Origin: Gammaproteobacteria bacterium | GTDB lineage: Bacteria > Pseudomonadota > Gammaproteobacteria > Arenicellales > Poriferihabitantaceae | Assembly: GCA_024679435.1 (NCBI GenBank) | Contig: JAIBDK010000001.1 | Location: 1-29,683, forward strand | Direction: 5' to 3' | Length of the DNA: 29,683 nt | Part shown: in pieces, positions 17,801-27,502 of the stretch | Layout: each line of letters starts with the position of its first letter | Numbering within the stretch: the first letter of the stretch is position 1 | Notes under the pieces: model-generated | Seen by the model: the letters and a program-made list of their open reading frames with translations, nothing else | What the model was told of the DNA's origin: nothing | Database searches by the model: none | Program-made: the position numbers and the translations under genes

Positions 17801-18087
17801 ATTTTGGCATCTCCCCACTTTGGCGTAATATGTGTTGTCGCAATGGGCGCAAGACAGATCGGGCCTTTCCTGTTCCTTTTCGGTGCGAACCCTCAAAATA
17901 TGATTTTGTTTCGGCGTTAATTCGCGACATTCCCGCAAACAATATTTCACTCCCACTCTTGGGTGGTTCAAACATTTGATTACACGCTTCGCAAGAAATG
18001 AAAGTGTCACGAAGGGATGATCTCCGAGACCTGCAGTCCAAGCAGAAATTATGTGCGCCGTGTTATTTTCAGCTTAAATGAATCAGG

Positions 18088-19374
18088 TCATTTTCTGGAT
18101 TTCTCCAACGCCTGATCAATATCCCAGATAATGTCGTTTATCGATTCGATGCCTACCGAAATTCGAATCATGTCGGGGCTAATGCCTGCTGCAATTTGTT
18201 CTTGCTCGTTTAACTGACGGTGGGTTGTGGATCCCGGATGTATCACCAGTGTTTTTGCGTCACCAATATTGGCGAGGTGACTGAGAAACTGAACGCTTTC
18301 TATAAACTTCGCACCGGCGGACTGGCCGCCTTTGATGCCAAAGGTGAAAACCGAACCGCCACCTTTGGGCATGTATTTTTTGCCTAGATCATAATATTTA
18401 TTGTCAGGATCTCCGGCGTACTTTACCCACGAAACTGAAGCATGATTCTTGAGGTGTTCGACCAGCTTTTCAGTATTGGAGACGTGACGTTCCATTCTGA
18501 CTGGCAAGGTCTCGAGTCCTTGGAGCATCATGAATGAGTTGAACGGGCTGATTGCCGGCCCCAGTGTTCGCATGGTCTCGCAGCGGGCTTTCATGGTAAA
18601 GGCGAAATCGCCAAAAGTTTCCCAGAATTTGACGCCGTGATAACCCTCGGAAGGATTGATCATATCTGGAAAGTTTCCATTACCCCAGTCAAACTTGCCA
18701 GACTCCACCACGATTCCACCCATGGATGTGCCGTGTCCGCAGATGAATTTAGTTGCAGAATGCACCACAAGATCTGCGCCGTGCCTGATTGGCTGGCACA
18801 AAAATGGTGACGCAATGGTGTTGTCAATTACCAGGGGAATGCCGTGTTCATGGGCAATTTTTCCGATTGATTCAATATCTAATACGTTGTTGTTGGGATT
18901 GCCGACGGTTTCACCGTACAGTGCGCGAGTTTTGGTGGTTATTGCTCTTCGATAGTTCTCAGGATCGTCCGGATCAACAAAAATTGTCTTGATCCCCATC
19001 CGTTTAAAACTCATCGCAAACTGGGTTACCGTGCCGCCGTATAGTGTGCTTGCAGAGACCAGTTCGTCGCCTTCCTGAAGGATGGTTAACAATGCTGTCA
19101 TCTGTGCAGCCATCCCTGTACTGGCTGCTACCGCGGCCCGACCGCCTTCCAGCGCAGCCATCCGTTCCTCGAACATGGCCGTTGTGGGATTCATTAGTCG
19201 GGTATAAACATTACCGAATGTTTGCAGATTGAACAAACTCGCTGCGTGATCGGTATCATCGAAAACATAGGATGCCGTCTGGTAAATCGGTGTGGCCCTG
19301 GCGCCGGTTGCCGGATCAGGCTGGGTACCTGCGTGCAAACACAGGGTTTCAAAATCAAATTCGTGATCACTCAT
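18088..19374 (-). CDS. metY: O-acetylhomoserine aminocarboxypropyltransferase (OAH sulfhydrylase), PLP-dependent
   Basis: FETLCLHAG..PDPATGARATPIYQTASY, YTRLMNPT, VHSATKFICGHG (PLP Lys), HLANIGDAKTLVIHP.STTHRQL. Confidence 0.92.
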   Translation of the reverse strand: MSDHEFDFETLCLHAGTQPDPATGARATPIYQTASYVFDDTDHAASLFNLQTFGNVYTRLMNPTTAMFEERMAALEGGRAAVAASTGMAAQMTALLTILQEGDELVSASTLYGGTVTQFAMSFKRMGIKTIFVDPDDPENYRRAITTKTRALYGETVGNPNNNVLDIESIGKIAHEHGIPLVIDNTIASPFLCQPIRHGADLVVHSATKFICGHGTSMGGIVVESGKFDWGNGNFPDMINPSEGYHGVKFWETFGDFAFTMKARCETMRTLGPAISPFNSFMMLQGLETLPVRMERHVSNTEKLVEHLKNHASVSWVKYAGDPDNKYYDLGKKYMPKGGGSVFTFGIKGGQSAGAKFIESVQFLSHLANIGDAKTLVIHPGSTTHRQLNEQEQIAAGISPDMIRISVGIESINDIIWDIDQALEKSRK

Positions 19375-19395
19375 TACAAAACTCCCGGGTAAAGT

Positions 19396-19866
19396 TTAGT
19401 TTGCTATTGTTTTTAATCGGCTGGAAGAGATGATTTTGGTGTCTACTCCCATAAAGTTGAGGCCACCAAAAATACGGCCATGTTCAATTTTGACACAACG
19501 GTCATCAACATAATCCAGGCCGGCCTGTTTCGCGATTGTTTTGGCTTCTTCGTTTTGAATTCCCAGTTGCAGCCACAATACTCTTGCGCCAATTTTTACC
19601 GCCTGTCTGGCATATTGCGGTGTGGTTTCAGCACGCTGAAAAAGGTCAACAATATCTACTTTGTCGGGTATCGACTCCAGATCCGGATAGCAGGGTTCGC
19701 CCAGGATTTCGTCATAGTTTGGGTTCACCGGAATAACCCGATATCCATGATCTACCATATATTTGGCGGCAAAATAACTTGGCCTGTGCCATTTTGCTGA
19801 AAGGCCCACTATAGCGATGGTTTTATTGTCCATCAGTATTCTGCGTATATCGTTGGTGTCAGACAT
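19396..19866 (-). CDS. CoA-binding protein (YccU-like)
   Basis: TIAIVGLS.K..RPSY…YM…GY.VIPVNP, IPDKVDIVDLF, WLQLGI, DRCVKIEH. Start moved to ATG 19866 because the tracked 69-aa extension overlaps the divergent gene. Confidence 0.9.
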   Translation of the reverse strand: MSDTNDIRRILMDNKTIAIVGLSAKWHRPSYFAAKYMVDHGYRVIPVNPNYDEILGEPCYPDLESIPDKVDIVDLFQRAETTPQYARQAVKIGARVLWLQLGIQNEEAKTIAKQAGLDYVDDRCVKIEHGRIFGGLNFMGVDTKIISSSRLKTIAN

Positions 19867-19931
19867 ATTGTTGTTTGGAAGCTCTTGGATGAGGAACAGT
19901 TTATGGTGTAATCTAATCCATACCGCAAAAT

Positions 19932-19943
19932 TTGACCAGTCAA
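19932..19943. promoter_or_regulatory. Palindrome TTGAC-CA-GTCAA, putative operator in the divergent promoter region
   Basis: 5-bp dyad in the 93-bp gap between divergent starts 19866 and 19960. Confidence 0.4.
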
Positions 19944-19959
19944 TCATTATCTGAAAATC

Positions 19960-21600
19960 ATGAAAGAATCTTATAACCCTTTTCGTTCGGGGCTCGACAA
20001 GTGTGCAGCCAATTATGCGCCCCTCACACCGTTGTCTTTTTTGCCAAGGGTTGCAAGAACATATCCAGACCAAGTTGCCGTAATAGATGGAAATAGCAGC
20101 AAAACCTGGAATGAAATTTATCAGCGGTGCCGCAAGTTAGCGTCTGCGTTAATAAACAGCTCAATTGGCAAGGATCAGACGGTCTCCATTCTGGCACCAA
20201 ATTCTTTAGTTTGTTACGAAGCCCATTTTGGTGTGCCAATGGCGGGGTCGGTTTTGAATGCTATCAATACCCGTCTGGACGCTAAAACCGTTGCCTATAT
20301 TATTGACCATGGTCGAACAGAATTGTTGCTGGTTGATGCTGAGTATTTGAACCTTGCCCGAGATGCGTTGGCACTGGCTAAGCGATCTCCGACGGTGATA
20401 GAGATTGAAGTGCCCGGATTTAGCTGTAGTGACGGAGCCTACAGGTATGAAGAGTTTTTGGAAAGTGGTGACAAGAATGAGGCTTATGTCATGCCTGAAG
20501 ATGAGTGGGATGCGATTTCTCTCAACTATACATCGGGCACGACCGGAAACCCCAAAGGGGTGGTGTATCATCATCGTGGTGCCTATCTTAATGCCATGAG
20601 TAACGCAGTAGGTTGGGAAATGCCCCACCACCCGGTTTATTTGTGGACATTGCCTATGTTCCATTGTAATGGCTGGTGTTTCCCCTGGACATTGGCGGCG
20701 GTTGCTGGAACCAGTATCTGTTTGCGCGAGGTGAATTCAAGTACTATATTCGCTGCCATAGCCGATCATAAAGTCACACATTTTTGTGGAGCACCGATTA
20801 TTATGAGTATGGTGATAAATGCGCCCAAAGATGCGCTTAGAGACTTTGATCACAATGTAAATATGATGACGGCTGCGGCACCACCACCCGCTTCCGTGCT
20901 GGAAGCGATGGAAGAGCGGGGGTTCAGAGTCACTCATGTTTATGGTCTAACCGAAACATATGGACCAGCGGTTATCTGCGCCTGGAAGCCCGAATGGAAT
21001 AGTCTGGATGCGCAACAAAAAGCGGATAAAAACTCCCGTCAGGGTGTGCCTTATCATGTTCTGGAAGGGCTTGACATCATGGTGCCTGAAACGATGACGA
21101 GTGTTGAAGATAACGGGACACAGATGGGAGAGGCTATGTTTCAGGGGAATATCGTTATGAAAGGCTATCTGGATAATCCCGATGCTACTGCGGAAGCATT
21201 TGCCGCCGGCTGGTTTCATTCAGGAGATTTGGGCGTGATGCATGGTGACGGTTATATTCAACTTAAGGATCGGTCCAAGGATATAATTATCTCTGGTGGT
21301 GAGAATATTTCTTCAATAGAGGTCGAGAATTGCCTGTACTCGCATCCCTCCATTTTAGAAGCGGCGGTGGTTGCCCGGCCTGATCAGAAATGGGGCGAAA
21401 CGCCTTGTGCGTTTGTTGGCCTGACTGCGGGTGCTTCTTTGACCCAGCAGCAAGTTATTGACTATTGTCGGGATAATTTGGCTCACTATAAGGCGCCTAA
21501 AATGGTGGTTTTTCAGGAACTACCGAAGACATCAACGGGCAAAATACAGAAGTTCAAACTTCGAGAGCAAGCTCGGGAACTGGCCGAATCCGGAAAATGA
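19960..21600 (+). CDS. Acyl-CoA synthetase (AMP-forming, ANL superfamily)
   Basis: YTSGTTGNPKG, YGLTETYGP, FHSGDLG, DRSKDIIISGGENISS, LPKTSTGKIQK. Confidence 0.94.
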   Translation: MKESYNPFRSGLDKCAANYAPLTPLSFLPRVARTYPDQVAVIDGNSSKTWNEIYQRCRKLASALINSSIGKDQTVSILAPNSLVCYEAHFGVPMAGSVLNAINTRLDAKTVAYIIDHGRTELLLVDAEYLNLARDALALAKRSPTVIEIEVPGFSCSDGAYRYEEFLESGDKNEAYVMPEDEWDAISLNYTSGTTGNPKGVVYHHRGAYLNAMSNAVGWEMPHHPVYLWTLPMFHCNGWCFPWTLAAVAGTSICLREVNSSTIFAAIADHKVTHFCGAPIIMSMVINAPKDALRDFDHNVNMMTAAAPPPASVLEAMEERGFRVTHVYGLTETYGPAVICAWKPEWNSLDAQQKADKNSRQGVPYHVLEGLDIMVPETMTSVEDNGTQMGEAMFQGNIVMKGYLDNPDATAEAFAAGWFHSGDLGVMHGDGYIQLKDRSKDIIISGGENISSIEVENCLYSHPSILEAAVVARPDQKWGETPCAFVGLTAGASLTQQQVIDYCRDNLAHYKAPKMVVFQELPKTSTGKIQKFKLREQARELAESGK

Positions 21601-21800
21601 AGCTGCGTCCAAACCTCAACCGCATTTCTGCAAAATAAAGCAGTTAAAATAGTGATGAATGCAGATGTTTACGACTCGCCATTGCTGAAAATGATCGTGT
21701 TACAGAAGAATACTACTTTGTTATTTACCCGTCACAGAACAGATTTTGATGGATACTTAATTTCGCTCATGTGCACCATTACGGTCAAGTTTGATTATCG

Positions 21801-22691
21801 ATGAAGGAAAAAAGCTTTTCGGGCAGCGGAGCTCTGTTTGCGCTGATTGCCGCTGCCGGTTTGGGGGCTGTGACTACCCAGGCCAAAATTGTTTATGCGG
21901 ATGGTGGTAATGCCTTAACAATGATGTTGTGGCGCTTTGTCATTTCAACAGTTGTCATCGGAGTGATAGTGTTAGCAAGGAAACAGCAATTTGGTATCGA
22001 TCAGCAGCACAAAAGGCCAGCGTTCATGCTGGGGTTGATATGGTCTGGCTCTATGATTTGTTATCTGATGTCGGTCGAAACAATTTCCGTCAGTTTGGCC
22101 GTTCTTATTTTGTACTCCTATCCGCTGCTGGTGATGCTGGCATCTCTGGCCACGGGCAAGATGCGACTTACCTATAGCGTGATTGGTGCATTTACGCTGG
22201 CCTTTATCGGAATTGGCTTGATGCTGGGTGGAGGAGATATTCGAATTCACCCTCTGGGTATCGGGTTGGCTGTTCTTGCGGCCAGCGGGGCTGCCTATAC
22301 GTTCCTTAAAGGAAGTCAGGTTGCACCCCATCTTGATCCCCTGGTGCTGACATTCTGGATAAATTTGGTGGGTGTGTTTATGATTCTTCCTTTGGTCCTC
22401 GGGCAGTTTTCTATGCCTCGAAGTGTATTGGGTCTGTGGTGTCTCGGAGGCGCAACATTATGTTATGTTGTGGCTATCGTTGCTCAATTTGGAGCGCTTG
22501 CGAGAATGGCTGCGGCAAAGGCCGCCTTCATTTTTAACTTTGAACCGGTTGTTTCTATTTTACTTGCTGTTTTAATATTGTCTGAATCACTCTCCGGAAT
22601 TCAGTGGACCGGTGCCGCGGTCGTGGTTTCTGTGCTGTTTCTATTTGGGTTTCTCGATAACGCATCTTCTAAAAGAAGCGATACGATTTAA
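21801..22691 (+). CDS. EamA/DMT family transporter
   Basis: About 10 TM helices in two repeats; LILYSYPLLV and FNFEPVVSILLAVLILSESL motifs. Confidence 0.88.
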   Translation: MKEKSFSGSGALFALIAAAGLGAVTTQAKIVYADGGNALTMMLWRFVISTVVIGVIVLARKQQFGIDQQHKRPAFMLGLIWSGSMICYLMSVETISVSLAVLILYSYPLLVMLASLATGKMRLTYSVIGAFTLAFIGIGLMLGGGDIRIHPLGIGLAVLAASGAAYTFLKGSQVAPHLDPLVLTFWINLVGVFMILPLVLGQFSMPRSVLGLWCLGGATLCYVVAIVAQFGALARMAAAKAAFIFNFEPVVSILLAVLILSESLSGIQWTGAAVVVSVLFLFGFLDNASSKRSDTI

Positions 22692-22693
22692 TT

Positions 22694-23983
22694 TTGCCCA
22701 ATAATAAAGACGTACGAAATACGATGTTGGCTCCGCCAAATTCAGCTGACTCAAGCCAGTTTCTAATGGATTGCTGGTATGCGGGTATAGACAGTGTAAA
22801 AGGGCAGGTAGCGACCGACCGAGCGCTGCAAAACAAGGCTATTCCGAAAATTGATAGGGTGCTTGCGGTGGGCAAGGCGGCTTCGTCGATGTGTATGGGG
22901 CTTCTTCCTCATGTTGATGCGCACACCCAGTTTTTGCTAGTGACCAAATATGGTCATGTCGATAACGCTATCAAAGAAGAGTGTCAATTCCGAGGCGGCA
23001 ATTTTGAAATACTTGAATCCGCTCATCCAGTGCCGGATTGCAACAGTCTTCTAGCGGGCACTCGGGCATTGGAATTTGTTAAAAGTGCGGGTCCGAATGA
23101 GGCAATGGTGGTGCTTGTTTCCGGAGGCGCATCTTCTCTTGTGGAAGCGTTGCCGACTTCGATTGATCTGGATGATCTGGTTTTTATGACCGAGATTTTA
23201 CTGAACAGGGGCTACGATATTACCCAGATTAACGCCATAAGGACGCGTATTTCAAAGGTGAAAGGGGGGAAACTGCTGGAAAGATTCAGTGGAAAATCGG
23301 TTTTTGTATTAGCGATTTCGGATGTTCCGGCGAATGATGTGAGTATTATTGGTTCAGGGATTGGCTGTTATCGGCATACCAGAAGTATTGGGGGAAACGC
23401 AGGTTTTGAAGTTCCTGTCGAGGTGAAAGAGTTTTTTTCCAGGCCGGGGGTTTCAACAGATACCCAAGACTTTTTGCAGACTTTTAGTTTTAGTAGCGAA
23501 ATTATAGCTTGCAATGAAACTGCCAGAAATGCAGTTTCTGAATTTGCTGAAAATGCCGGTGTGGATATTATTTGCAATGAAGAATCACTGCATCAAGACG
23601 TTAATTCTGCGGCGCGAATGATTGGTGATTGTCTAATTAATGGCCCAAAAGGAATGTATATCTGGGGTGGAGAACCCACCGTCATATTACCTGATGATCC
23701 GGGTTGTGGTGGTCGGAATCAACATCTGGCATTGGCGGTTGCTGAAGTAATAGACGGGCTTAATAATATTGTTATTATTGCGGCAGGAACAGATGGGTCG
23801 GACGGCCCGACAAGCGCTGCAGGGGGGTTGATTGATGGAAATACTTTCTCCAGCTTTGCGGGTGCGAGGACTGCCCTGATGAAAGCTGATTCGGGTACCT
23901 GGCTTGAAAAAGCGGGGGCTTTGTTTAGTTCTGGTCCCACGGGAACAAATGTTATGGATCTGGTTATAGGAATAAAAAATTAA
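22694..23983 (+). CDS. Glycerate kinase type 2 (DUF4147 + MOFRL; TtuD-like)
   Basis: AVGKAA, ESAHPVPD, LVSGGASSL, AISDV, WGGEPTV, GGRNQ, GTDGSDG, TGTNVMDL; the start may be ATG 22724. Confidence 0.9.
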   Translation: MPNNKDVRNTMLAPPNSADSSQFLMDCWYAGIDSVKGQVATDRALQNKAIPKIDRVLAVGKAASSMCMGLLPHVDAHTQFLLVTKYGHVDNAIKEECQFRGGNFEILESAHPVPDCNSLLAGTRALEFVKSAGPNEAMVVLVSGGASSLVEALPTSIDLDDLVFMTEILLNRGYDITQINAIRTRISKVKGGKLLERFSGKSVFVLAISDVPANDVSIIGSGIGCYRHTRSIGGNAGFEVPVEVKEFFSRPGVSTDTQDFLQTFSFSSEIIACNETARNAVSEFAENAGVDIICNEESLHQDVNSAARMIGDCLINGPKGMYIWGGEPTVILPDDPGCGGRNQHLALAVAEVIDGLNNIVIIAAGTDGSDGPTSAAGGLIDGNTFSSFAGARTALMKADSGTWLEKAGALFSSGPTGTNVMDLVIGIKN

Positions 23984-24021
23984 TCGAATCCTCGTGAAAT
24001 CGTAACAGAGAGCACATAAAA

Positions 24022-25056
24022 ATGAGAGCATCTAAAGTCGTTCATATTATTGGTTGTCACGCCGAAGGTGAAGTTGGGAATGTGCTAGTAGGGGGTGTTT
24101 CACCCCCTCCCGGTGATACGATCTGGGACCAGTCACGTTTTATTGCAACCGACAATACCCTTCGTAATTTTGTCTTGAATGAACCTCGGGGCGGTGTCTA
24201 TGGGCACGTCAATTTTCTGGTTCCAGCTAAACATCCGGATGCTGATACGGGATGGATCATTATGGAGCCGGAAGACACGCCGCCGATGTCCGGTTCGAAC
24301 TCGATGTGTGTTGCTACTGTGCTGGTAGATACCGGAATGGTGGAAATGAAAGAACCCTACACGGATATCACCATTGAGGCCCCCGCAGGGCTGGTTAAAG
24401 CCAGAGTAGAATGCCGTGATGGCAAAGCATTCAAAGTTACGACTACCAATGTCGCCTCATTTGCCGATCAACTGGATGTCTTTCTTGAAGTTGAAGGCAT
24501 CGGGACTTTAAAAGTGGATACGGCCTACGGCGGCGACAGCTTTGTTGTTGTTAACCCCGAAGATGTTGGCCTCGATATCGTCCCGGATCAGGCCGCTGAT
24601 CTGGTTGATCTAGGTCGTAAGATTACACTGGCCGCCAATCAACAGCTGGGTTTTTCTCATCCACAAAACCCTGAATGGTCGCATATTTCCTTTACGCAGT
24701 TTGCCAAACCGATATATCAGGCGGAGGATACTGCAGTGAGTAAGAATGCGGTGGTGGTTCAGCCCGGAAAACTTGACCGTTCCCCCTGTGGAACGGGTTG
24801 TTCTGCGCGGTTGGCAGTTCTTCACGCTAAAGGCCAGTTAAAAATCGGCGATAGAATGATTGGGCGTTCCATTATTGATTCCCGATTTGATTGCAGAATT
24901 GAAGAGCAGGCAATAGTGGGAGAAAAGCCTGCAATTATTCCCAGCATCACCGGTCGGGCATGGATTACCGGTACTTTCCAGTATACACTTGATCCTGATG
25001 ATCCCTGGCCAGGCGGGTACAAGTTATCCGATACCTGGCCCACAGTACTTAAATAG
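24022..25056 (+). CDS. Proline racemase superfamily protein with Ser90/Cys256 catalytic pair
   Basis: [45 protein letters not shown]. Confidence 0.93.
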   Translation: MRASKVVHIIGCHAEGEVGNVLVGGVSPPPGDTIWDQSRFIATDNTLRNFVLNEPRGGVYGHVNFLVPAKHPDADTGWIIMEPEDTPPMSGSNSMCVATVLVDTGMVEMKEPYTDITIEAPAGLVKARVECRDGKAFKVTTTNVASFADQLDVFLEVEGIGTLKVDTAYGGDSFVVVNPEDVGLDIVPDQAADLVDLGRKITLAANQQLGFSHPQNPEWSHISFTQFAKPIYQAEDTAVSKNAVVVQPGKLDRSPCGTGCSARLAVLHAKGQLKIGDRMIGRSIIDSRFDCRIEEQAIVGEKPAIIPSITGRAWITGTFQYTLDPDDPWPGGYKLSDTWPTVLK

Positions 25057-25062
25057 GCTTTT

Positions 25063-25713
25063 ATGAAAACTTTTGTTGTGAAGCAAAAGCCTCCTGATTT
25101 AAAACGTTTTGATGAGAGGCTGGCAGCCGCTTACAGTCGGACTGATAATAAGGAGAAACAATACGATGACTGGGCATCGACCTACGATTCGGACCTTGTT
25201 GATGATCTGGGCTATGTAGCATATAAGAATGCCGGAGATGTTTTTATGGAAGTAGCCCCGGATAGACACGCCCGTGTTCTTGATGTGGCCTGCGGTACCG
25301 GTTTGGCGGGCCAATATCTAAAAGATAATGGTTATGAAAATATTCATGGTGCCGATTTGTCTGCGGAAATGATGGCTATCGCTGACAAGCGGCAGATTTA
25401 TTTGTCAACCTGGCAGCATGATTTTACTAAACCGATTAAGCCTGATCAGTTGTATGACGCGTTATTGTGTGTGGGCATGTTTGCCTATGCGGTTCCTAAA
25501 ATTTCGGATATGCATAACGTTGTCAATTGTGTGAAGTCCGGTTCGATTTGTGTCATTACTGTGAATGGTGCCGCCTGGAAGGATCTCGACCTGGAATTAC
25601 AGGTTTATCAGGAAGCTGAGCGGAGTGGATTTGCTATTGAGCAAATTAAAGCCTCAGGCTATATCGAGAAAGAGGGCATTGATTGCAGGGTATTGGTGAT
25701 TCGGCGTGCGTAA
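25063..25713 (+). CDS. Class I SAM-dependent methyltransferase
   Basis: YDDWASTYDSDL…GY, motif I VLDVACGTG, GADLSAEM, YDALLCVG. Confidence 0.87.
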   Translation: MKTFVVKQKPPDLKRFDERLAAAYSRTDNKEKQYDDWASTYDSDLVDDLGYVAYKNAGDVFMEVAPDRHARVLDVACGTGLAGQYLKDNGYENIHGADLSAEMMAIADKRQIYLSTWQHDFTKPIKPDQLYDALLCVGMFAYAVPKISDMHNVVNCVKSGSICVITVNGAAWKDLDLELQVYQEAERSGFAIEQIKASGYIEKEGIDCRVLVIRRA

Positions 25714-25750
25714 TAGCCTCAATATTTTTAAAAACTAACGGTAAACAGTC

Positions 25751-26350
25751 ATGAAAATTATAGTTGTCGGAGGAAGCGGATCTGTAGGGCGACCCGCAGT
25801 AAGCGCGCTCTCAGGGAGACATGAAGTTATTTCGGTAGGGCGGACCAGCGGCGATATCCAGATAGATGTTGAAGATGTGGAAAGTATTAGATCGATGTAT
25901 CAGCAAACTGGGCCCGTAGATGCGGTTATCGTAGCGATTGGCCACGGACATTTCGGTCCTGTGGAGAAAATGACGGGAGCGCTATGGATGAAAGGCATTA
26001 ATCACAAGGCACTTCCCCAGGTAAATATAGTTCTTGAAGGCATTGCGCATATGAATGATGGAGGCTCATTTACCATGACTAGTGGTGTGTTGAATCGAGA
26101 TCCTATAGGAGGAGGTGCCTGTGCTGCCTCGGCTAACGGTGCCATCGACAGTTTTGTTTTAGGTGCTGCGGTGGATATGCCCAGAGGGATACGAATAAAT
26201 TGTGTTAGTCCCGGTTTATTGCAGAATTCAGTCGAACGTTACGACGGATTATTTCCTGGGCACGAGCCTGTTTCAGATGAAAGAGTCGGATTGGCTTATT
26301 GCAAGAGTGTAGAAGGTGTTGTCAATGGTCAGCTAATAATTATAGAGTGA
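25751..26350 (+). CDS. Short (199-aa) short-chain dehydrogenase/reductase
   Basis: Rossmann VVGGSGSVG, GSFTMTSG, RGIRINCVSPG, VEGVVNGQ; no canonical YxxxK. Confidence 0.85.
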   Translation: MKIIVVGGSGSVGRPAVSALSGRHEVISVGRTSGDIQIDVEDVESIRSMYQQTGPVDAVIVAIGHGHFGPVEKMTGALWMKGINHKALPQVNIVLEGIAHMNDGGSFTMTSGVLNRDPIGGGACAASANGAIDSFVLGAAVDMPRGIRINCVSPGLLQNSVERYDGLFPGHEPVSDERVGLAYCKSVEGVVNGQLIIIE

Positions 26351-26448
26351 TTTGAAACGATTCTTGTGTTTCCCCACGCTCAGAGAAGTTCCGAAAAATC
26401 GAGACGATTCTATAACAACGGGCAGCGCATCTGCGGTGTCGTAAACGT

Positions 26449-26829
26449 TTACAAAAGTCCCTCTTCTTCCAGTACTTTTCTAGCAGTGCGGAAGCATTCC
26501 AGAGACATTGGAACACCACAATAAATGCCGACTACGTGACAAATAGCCCGAATCTGTTCTTTGGTGACACCGTTTCTGATTGCTCCACGGCAATGTATTT
26601 CCCATTCGTGCATTCGACCAAGTGCTCCGATCATTGTCAGGTTCATCATTGATCGGGTTTTAGGATCAATGCAGTCATCTCCCCATCCAAATCCCCAGCA
26701 CCATTCGGTCATCATTTCCTGAAACGGTCGAGTAAAATCGTCCGCCGCTGCCAGGTTTTTTTCAACATATTCAGCGCCAAGTGTGTCTTTACGCTGGGCC
26801 AGGCCCAGCTCAAATCTTTTTCTGTCCAT
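26449..26829 (-). CDS. Carboxymuconolactone decarboxylase (CMD/PcaC-like) family protein
   Basis: RF..GL..RK.TLG…V, FQEMMTEWCWG..W, KTRSM.NL….ALGR..E..IH.RGAIRNG.TKEQI, IYCGVP. Confidence 0.9.
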   Translation of the reverse strand: MDRKRFELGLAQRKDTLGAEYVEKNLAAADDFTRPFQEMMTEWCWGFGWGDDCIDPKTRSMMNLTMIGALGRMHEWEIHCRGAIRNGVTKEQIRAICHVVGIYCGVPMSLECFRTARKVLEEEGLL

Positions 26830-27068
26830 TATTGCCCTCGGTTTAAATTAAATATTAAGTTTGACTTATGGTACATAGGATTTCAGGTTCAGTCGAGTTG
26901 TTGTGATCGATCGGGCGCGATAGACTGATGTCAAACAGTCCTCGATATAAAATTTGTGGATGGTTCATCGGGACATGGCAGGTTCCCCTGAGGGTTTGAT
27001 AAATTTGTCAGAAATCCGTCAGTCTAAGGATTTGCCAATAACAAGTTATAAACCAAGCGTAAATGTGT

Positions 27069-27482
27069 TTACTGTCGAACGGCCTGCAGAACGGCATTGT
27101 CTTTCTCGTCCATCAGCGTCAAGGTCTCATCTTTCAAACGGATGCTTGCAGTCGATTCAAGTGCCTTGAAAAGCAGTGCTTCATATTCCATAGCATCTTC
27201 AGAACACATTTTTCTAGTGGCAGCAGCCTGTTTAATATCGATTTTATTATTATTCAGACTGAAACCGGCAACCAGTTGGTTGCAGCCGGCTTTGGCTCCT
27301 ATTCGATTATCTTCGGAAAAGGACAGGTGTGAGTCTATGCTGGCGGGTATCAGGCGATCATCAATTTTTCGTATGGCCCAGTCCCCATATATCCCACCTG
27401 GCTCGCCAGCGAAGACAAGGGCAGATAAAACTAAGCAAAATAAAGATATCACTGCCGGGGTTAGTTGGTGCAGAAATGTCAT
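27069..27482 (-). CDS. META-domain (HslJ-like) exported protein
   Basis: Signal peptide; L.FSED.RIGAKAGCNQL…F, AATRKMC, E..LFKAL, TLTLMD. Start moved to ATG 27482 to avoid overlap with the upstream gene. Confidence 0.85.
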   Translation of the reverse strand: MTFLHQLTPAVISLFCLVLSALVFAGEPGGIYGDWAIRKIDDRLIPASIDSHLSFSEDNRIGAKAGCNQLVAGFSLNNNKIDIKQAAATRKMCSEDAMEYEALLFKALESTASIRLKDETLTLMDEKDNAVLQAVRQ

Positions 27483-27502
27483 AGGATTTGAGTCTTGCTT
27501 GA

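Noticed and set aside
19867-20073. 69-aa N-terminal extension of the CoA-binding ORF in the track
   Set aside because: Overlaps the divergent acyl-CoA synthetase; the family domain begins at Met70 (19866)
26360-26445. GTGTTTCCCCACGCTC, loosely like a type I-E CRISPR repeat start or a REP element
   Set aside because: Single copy, no inverted partner, no spacers, no cas or RAYT gene
26854-26967. 37-aa minus-strand ORF upstream of the CMD gene, with small hairpins nearby
   Set aside because: No motif or convincing SD; the 5-6-bp stems are at chance level
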